Notes: generated from the letters alone by a model not told the origin. A stretch of 64,000 nucleotides of DNA from Nitrospinaceae bacterium (GCA_965237905.1 OZ250172.1:544001-608000); one strand, 5' to 3'. Positions 8,341 to 17,680 are shown, numbered from the stretch's first letter. Numbers and translations are program-made.

Positions 8341-10380
8341 TTGGCTAAAGAAAGAGTCCTCATTGTCGATGACGAAAAAAATATAGTCTCCTCTCTTCAG
8401 GAGATATTAAACGACGAGGGGTATGATATCGTCACAGCTGAAGACGGGTTGGACGCCCTTGAAATAGTACAGTCCGAGCCCCCGGATCTGGTGCTGTTGG
8501 ATATCTGGATTCCGGGCATGGACGGGATTGAAGTATTGCAGGCCATCAAAACCTATCACCCTGAAATCGAAGTATTGGTGATGTCCGGCCACGGAACCAT
8601 CGATACCGCCGTGAAAGCGACCAAGCTGGGAGCCTACGACTTTATTGAGAAACCGTTTTCCCTGAATCAACTGGTCCTGTCCGTCGAGAGAGCTCTCAAA
8701 CAAAGAAAAGGCCGGATGAACGGAAGCGGCAAACATGACGCCGCTCAGCACGAACTTCCCCACTGTTTTGAAATGATGGTCGAAGTCAAGAAAGCGGTGA
8801 CCCGAGCGTCTAAAACCAATGCCCCCATCCTGATCCACGGTGAAATGGGGACGGGTAAGGAATATATCGCGCAGGCCATTCACCATAAGAGCAAAAAGTC
8901 CAATTTTCCCCTTCACAAAATCAATTGCGCACTCCGGTCCATGCCGAAAATCCAAATCGAACTGTTTACCCATCAGGATGAAAAAGGCCAGGAAACGAAA
9001 CCAACCCGTGGAGGCGCCGGGAAGAAGGCGGTGTATTTAAAAAATATTGATTCCATGAGCCAGGACCTTCAGGTAAAACTGGCAACCGCCTTAAAGTCCA
9101 CCTCTCCCGGAAAACCGGAGGGCTTTATTCCAGACAGGATTTTTGCCTCTTCTACAAAAGACTTGGAGGCTATGGTTGGGAAAGGAGAGTTTCATTCTGA
9201 CCTGTATGAAACCTTGAAAGAAAACAGCATCAACGTGCCGCCTTTAAGAGATAACCGGGCCCTGATCCCAACCCTGGTGGACGAATATTTTGAAGATTTG
9301 GAGAACAAGGGCAAAGTCGTTTGCAAAAACTTCAACGAAGAAACCATGCGGGTTCTTTGTGAATACGACTGGCCGGAAAACTTCAAGGAACTGCGTTCTG
9401 TCCTGGACCAGATTGCCCGGACCGTCCACCCGGATGAAGAAATCACCTTGAAGGACTTATCGGCCCTGATCAGGCAAACCCGACACCCACACCAGACAAA
9501 ACCAAATACATCCAAAGGCAAGAAGGGAGACCGCCCGCTTCAGCGCACTTTGAAGCGCAGTGTGGTGCTGTGTGGACGCGGTCTGCATTCCGGAATCAAA
9601 ACCGGCCTCATCATGCAACCCTTGCCTCCGGGAAGCGGAATAATTTTCGGTGATATTTCCAGCGGAAACACCATCCCGGCCAAGGTGGAAAACGTGCAAT
9701 CCACGGAATACGCCACCAGCCTGCGCAAGGGCTACGCATCCGTCTCCACGATCGAACATATTATGGCCACCCTCCACATGTACCGGGTCCATAACCTTTT
9801 GATCAAAATTGGAGACGAGGCCCCCGTGATGGATGGATCCGCCAAAGATTTCTGCCAATTGATCGAAGATGGAGATTTCGAGGAACAGGATGCGCTTTAC
9901 GAAGAACTGGTGATTGATAAAACGTACACCTTCGGGTCAAAAGAAGAAGGTGGAGCACATATTTCCATTGAGCCCTATGATGGCTTCAAAGTGAGTTACC
10001 ATATGGAATATCCGGCACCCATAGGGATCATGGAGCACACCTTTGAGTTTAAAGGGGCTGAGAGCTTCAAAGAAGAAATCGCACCGGCACGCACCTTCGG
10101 GTTTGTGAAAGATGTGGCCATGCTGAATAAAATGGGTTTCGGGGTGGGCGGTAAGCTGGATAACTTTATCCTGCTGGGGGACGAAAAAGTCCTCAACACC
10201 ACATTGCGGTATGACAACGAATTCGCACGCCACAAAATCCTGGATATTCTCGGGGATTTCTATCTGCTGGGAAAACCGATCCGCGGCTATATCAAAGCTC
10301 ATAAATCAGGACACACCCAAAACATCGGACTCCTGAAAACCATCAAGGAAGACCTGGCTCAAGCGGTGCCCGTTCATTGA
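8341..10380 (+). CDS. lpxC: fusion: NtrX-like receiver + degenerate sigma54-type AAA+ domain + UDP-3-O-acyl-GlcNAc deacetylase LpxC
   Basis: Receiver VLIVDDE/LLDIW/MSGHG/FIEKP; Walker A GEMGTGKE. From ~9541: QRTL..G.GLHSG, TIEHIMA, EIAPARTFGF, RHKILDILGD, KSGH. TTG start with GGAGG RBS. Confidence 0.9.
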   Translation: MAKERVLIVDDEKNIVSSLQEILNDEGYDIVTAEDGLDALEIVQSEPPDLVLLDIWIPGMDGIEVLQAIKTYHPEIEVLVMSGHGTIDTAVKATKLGAYDFIEKPFSLNQLVLSVERALKQRKGRMNGSGKHDAAQHELPHCFEMMVEVKKAVTRASKTNAPILIHGEMGTGKEYIAQAIHHKSKKSNFPLHKINCALRSMPKIQIELFTHQDEKGQETKPTRGGAGKKAVYLKNIDSMSQDLQVKLATALKSTSPGKPEGFIPDRIFASSTKDLEAMVGKGEFHSDLYETLKENSINVPPLRDNRALIPTLVDEYFEDLENKGKVVCKNFNEETMRVLCEYDWPENFKELRSVLDQIARTVHPDEEITLKDLSALIRQTRHPHQTKPNTSKGKKGDRPLQRTLKRSVVLCGRGLHSGIKTGLIMQPLPPGSGIIFGDISSGNTIPAKVENVQSTEYATSLRKGYASVSTIEHIMATLHMYRVHNLLIKIGDEAPVMDGSAKDFCQLIEDGDFEEQDALYEELVIDKTYTFGSKEEGGAHISIEPYDGFKVSYHMEYPAPIGIMEHTFEFKGAESFKEEIAPARTFGFVKDVAMLNKMGFGVGGKLDNFILLGDEKVLNTTLRYDNEFARHKILDILGDFYLLGKPIRGYIKAHKSGHTQNIGLLKTIKEDLAQAVPVH

Positions 10381-10460
10381 TCAAAATGGGATCGACAAAT
10401 TTATTCTTCACCCCTATCCCTTAATGCCATAAACACAGGCAATCGGGACCCAAGAGAACC

Positions 10461-11090
10461 ATGACCTCCAGCAGTTTTAAAATCGGAATACTGGTGTCCG
10501 GACGCGGCACCAATTTGCAGGCGATCATCGATGCCATTGAAAACGGCGAATTGAACGCTCGCATCGCCGTAGTGCTGAGCAATAAAAAAGAAGCGCCCGC
10601 CCTGGAACGGGCTCAAAAAAAGGGCATCGAAGCGGTATATCTGGACCCCAAACCATTCGCCGGTAAAAAGGAATTTGATCTGGCATTAGCCAGGGAACTT
10701 GAGGACCGCCAAGTCGACTTGATTTGCCTGGCGGGGTACATGCGCATCCTCGGTCCGGAATTCATCAGGAAATTTGAAGGGAAAATCATCAACATTCACC
10801 CGTCACTCCTGCCGGCGTTCCCGGGGCTGGACGTCCAGCAAAAAGCCATCGATCATGGAGTCAAATTTTCCGGGTGTACGGTTCATTTCGTCAACGAAGA
10901 AGTTGATGGCGGCCCCATCATCCTACAAGCGGTAGTGCCCGTCCACCCGTCTGATGACGCGGGGACCCTGGCCGAACGCATTTTGATCCAGGAACATCTT
11001 ATTTATCCGAGAGCGATACAAATGATTGTCGAAAATCGCCTGCATATTAAAAACCGGAAGGTCTCCTACAAAGAAAGCATATCGCAATGA
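10461..11090 (+). CDS. purN: phosphoribosylglycinamide formyltransferase
   Basis: SGRGTNLQA, LAGYMRIL, INIHPSLLP, GCTVHFV..DGGPII motifs. Confidence 0.96.
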   Translation: MTSSSFKIGILVSGRGTNLQAIIDAIENGELNARIAVVLSNKKEAPALERAQKKGIEAVYLDPKPFAGKKEFDLALARELEDRQVDLICLAGYMRILGPEFIRKFEGKIINIHPSLLPAFPGLDVQQKAIDHGVKFSGCTVHFVNEEVDGGPIILQAVVPVHPSDDAGTLAERILIQEHLIYPRAIQMIVENRLHIKNRKVSYKESISQ

Positions 11091-11746
11091 ACTTTAAAAC
11101 CTGCACCATTCTCCTTATTCTGCTTGTACTGTGGCTCCTGCCCGGATCGGCCTTCGCCCTGGACTCCACCGCTATTGTCGATGCCATCCAAAAACAATAT
11201 GACGCCACCGATACTTTTCAGGCCCGGTTCATTCAAAAATCGTATCTGAAGATTCTGGGACAGTCGCAGAAGGCCGAAGGTTTCGTCTCCATCAAAAAAC
11301 CCGGTAAAATGAAATGGGATTACAAGGCCCCGGATCGCCAGATTCTGGTGAGCAACGATCAGGGCCTGTGGCTGTACCTGCCCGACGAAAAGCAGGTCAC
11401 TAAAATGAAAGTTCAAAGCATCTACTCTTCCAACACCCCGGCCCTGTTTCTGGCGGGACGCGGCAAGCTGACCGAATCGTTCACAATCGGAAAAGTGACT
11501 GAAGAGAGCGGGCTTTACGTCGCCGAGTTGATCCCGCGGGATAAGGTACAAAACCTCTCAAAAATGGTGCTGCTGGCCGACAAGAAAAATTTCCAGATCG
11601 TCGGGTCCCGGGTGTATGATAACTTAGGAAACAAAACAGAAATGATATTCAGCAACATCCGAACCAACCCCACCCTTGAAAAGAAATTCTTTCGATTCGA
11701 GGTTCCCAAAGGGGTGGAGCTCATTGATCTTTCTTCCATGGAGTAG
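11087..11746 (+). CDS. lolA: outer membrane lipoprotein carrier protein
   Basis: Signal peptide; F.Q..G...KKPGKMKWDY; F.FEVPKGV. Confidence 0.88.
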   Translation: MNFKTCTILLILLVLWLLPGSAFALDSTAIVDAIQKQYDATDTFQARFIQKSYLKILGQSQKAEGFVSIKKPGKMKWDYKAPDRQILVSNDQGLWLYLPDEKQVTKMKVQSIYSSNTPALFLAGRGKLTESFTIGKVTEESGLYVAELIPRDKVQNLSKMVLLADKKNFQIVGSRVYDNLGNKTEMIFSNIRTNPTLEKKFFRFEVPKGVELIDLSSME

Positions 11747-11757
11747 TTTTATTTATC

Positions 11758-13128
11758 ATGTTTGATTTTGCCGCATTCTCTCTCGACGCCTTCCTGTCTT
11801 TCGGATTCAAAATGATGGCTTTCCTGGTAGGTTTGGCCGCCCTTATTTTCGTCCACGAGATGGGCCACTTTCTGATCGCCCGCAAATGCGGGGTGACAGT
11901 CGAAAAATTCTCCATCGGGTTCGGCCCAAAAATTATTGGATTCAAATCCGGAGGCACCGAATATCTGATCGCCGCCATTCCTCTGGGTGGTTACGTCAAA
12001 ATGAAAGGCGAAGATCCCGAAGAAGAGTTGCCAGACACCCAGGGCTCCTTCTCCGCCGCGTCCGTGTACCAAAGACTGGCCATTGCGTTCGGCGGCCCAC
12101 TGTTTAATATCCTGTTTGCCATCGTTATCTATGCCTGTGTCTATATGGTAGGCATGCCTACCAATGGAACTACTGTCGGCAAAATCCACGACAATTCCCC
12201 TGCCCTGGCGGCAGGCCTCCAAACCGGTGACCGGATCATTGAGGTTGACGGTAAGAAAACTTATTACTGGCACCAATTGACTAAAATTATTCACAACGCT
12301 CCGGGCAAGAAAATGGAGTTCGTGATCGAACGCGATTCGAAAACAATCCTTACCCTTCCCATTACACCCAAAGATAAAGAAACCCCTGACCTGTTTGGCG
12401 ATAAGATAAAGGTAGGATTGATCGGTATCGAAAGACTGCAGCGAAGAATCTCCGCTATCGAAGCGGGTTCCCCTGCCGACAAAGCCGGATTTCAGGTGGG
12501 CGACGATATTCTCGCGATCGATGGCGAAACAATCATGGGACATTCCGACTTGGAAAAAGTCTCCCTGGGAAAACCCAGACAAGTACTGACCTTTAGCCTA
12601 TTGAGAAATGGCAAGGTCATTCCTCTTCAGGTCACTCCTGAACCCAAAACGGTTAAAGACCTCAAAGGCAAGGATATTGAAATCGGATATATCGGATTCG
12701 GGGTCACCGGGGTGATGGTGACCGAACAATACTCGTTTCTGGGAGCCATCCAACGGGGGCTCGAGGAAACCTGGGAGTGGACTTACCGGATCGGTGTCAG
12801 CATCAAAAAACTGCTCACCGGGTCCATTTCTCCAAAAAACATCGGCGGCCCCATTCTGATCTTCCAGGCTTACGGCCATCAGGCGGAGCAAGGACTCCTG
12901 GATTTTGTCATATTGACCGCCATACTCAGCATCAACCTGGGATTGTTGAACCTTCTGCCTATTCCGGTTTTGGATGGCGGGCACATATTTTTCTTCCTGA
13001 TCGAAATCGTCAAAGGCAAACCCATCAGCGAATTAAACCGGGAGCGGGCCGCTCAGGTCGGTCTCTTCATGTTGCTCTCGCTGATGATTTTTGCTTTTTA
13101 TAATGACATCATGAGGGTCTTCAATTAA
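11758..13128 (+). CDS. rseP: RIP metalloprotease RseP (two PDZ domains)
   Basis: HEMGH, FSIGFGP, IPLGGYVKM, NLLPIPVLDGG motifs. Confidence 0.95.
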   Translation: MFDFAAFSLDAFLSFGFKMMAFLVGLAALIFVHEMGHFLIARKCGVTVEKFSIGFGPKIIGFKSGGTEYLIAAIPLGGYVKMKGEDPEEELPDTQGSFSAASVYQRLAIAFGGPLFNILFAIVIYACVYMVGMPTNGTTVGKIHDNSPALAAGLQTGDRIIEVDGKKTYYWHQLTKIIHNAPGKKMEFVIERDSKTILTLPITPKDKETPDLFGDKIKVGLIGIERLQRRISAIEAGSPADKAGFQVGDDILAIDGETIMGHSDLEKVSLGKPRQVLTFSLLRNGKVIPLQVTPEPKTVKDLKGKDIEIGYIGFGVTGVMVTEQYSFLGAIQRGLEETWEWTYRIGVSIKKLLTGSISPKNIGGPILIFQAYGHQAEQGLLDFVILTAILSINLGLLNLLPIPVLDGGHIFFFLIEIVKGKPISELNRERAAQVGLFMLLSLMIFAFYNDIMRVFN

Positions 13129-13155
13129 CGTCCTCCAAAAAGAGGGTTTTTCTCT

Positions 13156-13458
13156 ATGCCCCACTCGAACACAGAATCCCTAACGCTGTCCCGCTTGGAA
13201 GACCTCAGGGACACCGCACGGAAACTCTCGATTGAAATCCTGTTCGCCGACTTGTCCGACCCGGAAATTCCCACTCAAAGCGGTACCTGTAAAGTGCGCG
13301 GTGAGGATTTGATCGTGGTGGACAAACGATTGTCGGCTCAACGTCAGATCGAGGTGATCCTTAACATCTTCCAACAATTCGATTGGGATGACGTCTATGT
13401 CGCTTCCTGGATTCGGGAGCACCTTGATAATCCCAAACTCACCGGCCTCACTTCATGA
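13156..13458 (+). CDS. hypothetical protein
   Basis: GAGG RBS; overlaps the pepM start (ATGA); SG.C.VRG..I.VDK pattern. Confidence 0.7.
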   Translation: MPHSNTESLTLSRLEDLRDTARKLSIEILFADLSDPEIPTQSGTCKVRGEDLIVVDKRLSAQRQIEVILNIFQQFDWDDVYVASWIREHLDNPKLTGLTS

Positions 13459-15212
13459 CTCTGCTCAGCCAAAATTTACCGGAACAAAGGCGCGGCAAAC
13501 TCAAAGCCTTGCTCACTCAGGGCAAACTCGTCCGCGTCATGGAAGCCCACAACGGTCTCAGCGGCATCGTCGCCGACACCACCTGCGTGGAAGGAAAATC
13601 CGGCGACCAGTCGGTCACCCGTCAGTTCGACGCCCTCTGGGAAAGCAGTCTGACCGATTCCGCTTCCAAGGGTCATCCGGATATTGAAGTGGTCAGCTTC
13701 GATTCCCGCCTGCATACCATTCAGGAAATCCTGACCGTCACGCAAAAACCGATGATCGTTGACGGCGATACCGGCGGCGACCCCAACACCTTCGAGTACA
13801 TGGTGTCCAAAATGGAACGGGCCGGCGTCTCGGCAGTCATCATCGAGGACAAAGTATTTCCCAAACGCAACAGCCTGGAAGCCGGTACCAGTCAGGTTCT
13901 GCAGGAACCCGAAGTGTTCGCGCAGAAAATCAAGCGCGGAAAAAAAGTGCAGGCCACCGATGAGTTCATGATCATCGCCCGCATTGAAAGCCTGATCGCC
14001 GGCACCGGAATGGAAGACGCGCTCGCCCGCGCCCGAATTTATCTGCAGGCGGGGGTAGACGGCATCATGATCCACTCCAAGTCTAAACAGCCGGATGAGA
14101 TCATGGAGTTTGCCGGGAAATACCAGAGTCTCCTCAAAGAACTCGAGTTGAGTAAACCCCTCGTGTGTGTGCCCACCACCTACAACAATATCCTTGAGGA
14201 AGAACTGCAGGCCGCAGGATTCCAGATCATCATTTACGCCAACCATCTGTTACGCTCCGCGTATAAAGCGATGCGCGAAACCGCCAAATCTATTCTGTCG
14301 AACCAACGCTCGCTCGAAGCCGACCCCCTGTGCGCCCCGGTGCGTGAAATATTCGATGCCGTCGGTTTTCTGGACGTTAAGGAAAAAGACCAGCAGGATG
14401 AGACCAATACCAATATCCCGGTCATCATCCCCGCCGCCGGAGAAGCGCCGGCCATCGCCCCTGTTCTCAAAAATACGCCCAAGGCCATGGCCGATATCGC
14501 CGGCAAAACCCTACTGGCCCGGCAGGCCCAAACCCTCAACCAGAACCATCTGACGGATATCACCGTGGTGACAGGTTACGCAGGCGATAAAATGAAGGGC
14601 GAAGGGATTTCCTTCCTGCAAAACAAGGATTACAAAAAGGGCACCGAACTGCACAGCCTGCTCACCGCCCAGGAAAAAATGCACAACGGATTTCTGATGC
14701 TGTACTCCGATATTCTCATTGAAAACCATGTGATCGCCCAATTGCTGGCGTCCCGGGAAGATATTGTGCTGGTGCTGGACAACTCCATTCAATACTTGGA
14801 ATCGGTGGAGGGCAAGGCGACCGATTACGTGATCAGCCGCAACCGGCGGAACCGGAACCGCCGAAGCATCAACTTCGATCACCAGAACACCCTTGCCAAA
14901 ATCGGTAAAAATATTGATCCGGCGTTAGCCACTCACGAGTTCATCGGCCTCGCCAAATTCTCAAAGACCGGAGCCGAACAGTTTCTTCAGACCTATCACG
15001 ACGTGTTGAAAAACCTGGAGGGCAAAGTCCAGGAAGCGGAGGACATTTCCCAGTTCCGCCTTACCGACCTGATTCAGGAGATGGTCGATCGTGGTTTCAA
15101 CGTCCATTACCTGGAAATCCACAAAGGCTGGCTGGAAATCCATTTTCCCAAAGACATCGAACAGGCCAACGAATTGTTCACCGTACAGGAACATCCCTCG
15201 GAAGTTATGTAG
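13455..15212 (+). CDS. pepM: phosphoenolpyruvate mutase fused to C-terminal nucleotidyltransferase (PntC/LicC-like)
   Basis: Diagnostic EDK-X5-NS (EDKVFPKRNS), EAHNGLSG, DGDTGG, ARIES, YANH; C-terminal IPAAG..PKAM..TGY..YSDI..W.EI. Confidence 0.9.
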   Translation: MTLLSQNLPEQRRGKLKALLTQGKLVRVMEAHNGLSGIVADTTCVEGKSGDQSVTRQFDALWESSLTDSASKGHPDIEVVSFDSRLHTIQEILTVTQKPMIVDGDTGGDPNTFEYMVSKMERAGVSAVIIEDKVFPKRNSLEAGTSQVLQEPEVFAQKIKRGKKVQATDEFMIIARIESLIAGTGMEDALARARIYLQAGVDGIMIHSKSKQPDEIMEFAGKYQSLLKELELSKPLVCVPTTYNNILEEELQAAGFQIIIYANHLLRSAYKAMRETAKSILSNQRSLEADPLCAPVREIFDAVGFLDVKEKDQQDETNTNIPVIIPAAGEAPAIAPVLKNTPKAMADIAGKTLLARQAQTLNQNHLTDITVVTGYAGDKMKGEGISFLQNKDYKKGTELHSLLTAQEKMHNGFLMLYSDILIENHVIAQLLASREDIVLVLDNSIQYLESVEGKATDYVISRNRRNRNRRSINFDHQNTLAKIGKNIDPALATHEFIGLAKFSKTGAEQFLQTYHDVLKNLEGKVQEAEDISQFRLTDLIQEMVDRGFNVHYLEIHKGWLEIHFPKDIEQANELFTVQEHPSEVM

Positions 15213-15304
15213 TGTCTCAGTTAGAAATCTAAATGGCTGGAAACGACCCAAAGCGGACGTTCCAATGGCGATGAATGGGGGAGTGGACTAAGCTTCGGGG
15301 TTTG

Positions 15305-15360
15305 ATCAGCGTCACGCCCTCAAAGCATTGCGGGCATCTGTGGGGGATGAAGAGGGCCAT
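15305..15360. repeat. 56-bp direct repeat, copy 1
   Basis: 49/56 identical to 17075..17130. Confidence 0.9.
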
Positions 15361-15624
15361 GAAGCAGATTGTATATTGGCTAGGGAAGGCGAGCAAGCCG
15401 AGAAAACTGTGAAATTCACCCCACCCCTTTACCACTGGAATATCTGTTGCCAGTCCAGCTTCCGGGCATTAACCTGAATAGATAAAGTTAATATAGTAGG
15501 AAATCGGAGGAGAAAGAAACGTTTAGTGCTCCAGCATTCTTAAATACCACACAAAAAAACTTTCCCCCTTCGCACCCCTTTTGATTTCCGGCCTCTCTAC
15601 CTTATTTGGAAAACAGGAAACTCA

Positions 15625-17046
15625 ATGAACGGAGGAATGGAAACTCTCAAGTTAATATACCTTGCCGTAGGACCGGGCATCGCGCTTGCCGTCTATATTT
15701 ACTACTCCGGCCGGTGGAACCCCAAACCCAAAAAACTGGTGTTCAAATGTTTCATTTGGGGAGCTTTGGCCGTATTCCCGACTATGTATTATGAGGAAAC
15801 TTTTGTAAAGGTTCTTGGTTGGGAAGGATCTTTCAATGACACCTGGTGGCAGACTGTTATTTCTGCCTTTTTCGGGATAGCCCTGGCGGAAGAAGTCTGC
15901 AAATTCTTTTTCCTTAAAGAATTCATTTACGAGGACCCGAATTTTAACGATCCTTTTGATGGGATAGTTTACGGGGGTATGATTGGCTGTGGTTTTGCGA
16001 CCATGGAAAATATAATGTATGTATTTCCTTTGGGTTACGAGACAGGGATTTTGAGAATGCTCACCGCTGTTCCCTCCCACGCCTTCGATGGGATCATCCT
16101 GGGCTACTTCATGGGAAAGGCCAAGTTTTCTTCCACTCCCTGGAAACATTTAGCGCGGGGCCTAGTCATAGTAATCATTCTCCACGGGACTTATGACTCC
16201 GTGGCATTTTCCAATTTATCCTGGTCGATTTATCCGCTTTTTGGAATTGTCATTTTTGGAATTTATCTGGCTTTGAAAGTCAAAAGAGAACTTGAAAAAA
16301 CTTCCAAACGGATCGAATTCTCTTCCGGGGAATATTTTTTACCAGAAGATGTAAAGAAAAAAGAGCCGCTGTTATTAAAAGATATCCGGGATAGGCTTTC
16401 GGAGGGGAGTCTAAAACTGGATGATATTTTAGTTCCCGGGAAAAGCGATAGAAGAATTTCCATACGCACCCTTTGGGGTTCGCAAATCGGCTTGGAGGCC
16501 AGAGTTCGGGCAAAAACTCCACCCAGAGTGTTGCCCGCCAAACGGGTTGTAGTTTTCTATGGATTGACTTTCGGACTCTACCTTTATTTTTGGTTCCACA
16601 GGAATTACTGGAATTTCAAGAAATATAAAAACCTGAGACTCAATCCTGACCTTAGGACTCTGGGGTTGTTTGCATTCACCATCATTCCTTTTTTTATTTA
16701 TGGAGCTATTCTGGGAGGGTGGAAAGGACATCGCTTTGATCCCTCCATTGAAATTTCATTCTATGTGATGATGGCGGGTATAGAGGCGGCTTTTTTATTT
16801 TTTTTGTTTCGGATGATCAGGGAAATTTTAAATAAAGTACAAAAAAAATCTTTCCCAATATTATCCATTGTCCTGATGTTTTTTGTCTTGAGTGGAATGA
16901 GAAAGTTCTTGCCTTCGGAGCTTCCTTATTACTGGTGGTTTGAGTTTGCTTTGATTTTGCTTCAGGGAGGGGTTATGGCCATCGCTCAAAAGCACTTGAA
17001 TATTTATTGGGCGCTTGAAAGGGAGAAGCTCGCTGAGTCGACTTAG
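15625..17046 (+). CDS. PrsW family intramembrane protease with C-terminal extension (GYF_2-like segment and extra TM domain)
   Basis: EEVCK, FATMEN, PSHA, HGTYD PrsW motifs; C-terminal TFGLYLYFWF.RN helix bundle. Confidence 0.85.
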   Translation: MNGGMETLKLIYLAVGPGIALAVYIYYSGRWNPKPKKLVFKCFIWGALAVFPTMYYEETFVKVLGWEGSFNDTWWQTVISAFFGIALAEEVCKFFFLKEFIYEDPNFNDPFDGIVYGGMIGCGFATMENIMYVFPLGYETGILRMLTAVPSHAFDGIILGYFMGKAKFSSTPWKHLARGLVIVIILHGTYDSVAFSNLSWSIYPLFGIVIFGIYLALKVKRELEKTSKRIEFSSGEYFLPEDVKKKEPLLLKDIRDRLSEGSLKLDDILVPGKSDRRISIRTLWGSQIGLEARVRAKTPPRVLPAKRVVVFYGLTFGLYLYFWFHRNYWNFKKYKNLRLNPDLRTLGLFAFTIIPFFIYGAILGGWKGHRFDPSIEISFYVMMAGIEAAFLFFLFRMIREILNKVQKKSFPILSIVLMFFVLSGMRKFLPSELPYYWWFEFALILLQGGVMAIAQKHLNIYWALEREKLAEST

Positions 17047-17074
17047 ATATCTTGTTTGATTATGCTGTGGCTGT

Positions 17075-17130
17075 ATCAGCGTCACGCTCGCAAAGCATTT
17101 CGGGCATCGACTGGGGATGAAGAGGGCCAT
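17075..17130. repeat. 56-bp direct repeat, copy 2
   Basis: 49/56 identical to 15305..15360. Confidence 0.9.
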
Positions 17131-17290
17131 AGAAGACATCCAAGGTTTTAGGTCCAAATCCTAACATAAACTCTGGATCCGTTTTCGGAGGGCAGGTCAC
17201 CAACCCCTTGCACGGCAGGTTGCAGGACTGCCAATTTCAAAATCGGTTTTCAGGTATTATCGCCCCAAAAGAGTCTGACGGCGGCCGAGT

Positions 17291-17680
17291 TTATTTCATC
17301 TTTTCGCCTTCTTTCATCATGGTGTCCTTAGGCATGGTCCCTTCTTTATCCATCTTTTCGCCTTCTTTCATCATGGTGTCTTTAGGCATGGTCCCTTCTT
17401 TATCCATCTTTTCGCCTTCTTTCATCATGGTGTCCTTAGGCATGGTCCCTTCTTTATCCATCTTTTCGCCTTCTTTCATCATGGTGTCTTTAGGCATGGT
17501 CCCTTCTTTATCCATCTTTTCGCCTTCTTTCATCATGGTGTCTTTAGGCATGGTCCCTTCTTTATCCATCTTTTCGCCTTCTTTCATCATGGTGTCCTCG
17601 GTACAGGCCACACCCGACAACATCACTAACAAGGAAAGAATGACCAAATAAAAAGATTTGTTTTTAAGCATCGTTTTCAT
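17291..17680 (-). CDS. Met/Lys-rich tandem-repeat lipoprotein (MXKDX-like)
   Basis: Signal peptide with lipobox GVAC; 5 full plus 1 partial copies of DTMMKEGEKMDKEGTMPK; GGGGGA RBS. Confidence 0.85.
   Translation of the reverse strand: MKTMLKNKSFYLVILSLLVMLSGVACTEDTMMKEGEKMDKEGTMPKDTMMKEGEKMDKEGTMPKDTMMKEGEKMDKEGTMPKDTMMKEGEKMDKEGTMPKDTMMKEGEKMDKEGTMPKDTMMKEGEKMK
17294..17596. repeat. 54-bp coding tandem repeat (~5.6 copies)
   Basis: Near-identical 54-nt units, differing at a synonymous C/T site. Confidence 0.95.

Noticed and set aside
13455..14400. Isocitrate lyase / methylisocitrate lyase call
   Set aside because: The active-site loop is EDK-X5-NS (PepM), not the KKCGH/KRCGH of the lyases.
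17294..17596. Regular repeat array resembling a CRISPR
   Set aside because: Units are contiguous 54-bp copies with no unique spacers, they are in frame within a lipoprotein gene, and no cas genes are present.
17208..17651. Plus-strand hydrophobic repeat ORF (147 aa)
   Set aside because: Antisense shadow of the minus-strand lipoprotein, which has an RBS, signal peptide and lipobox.
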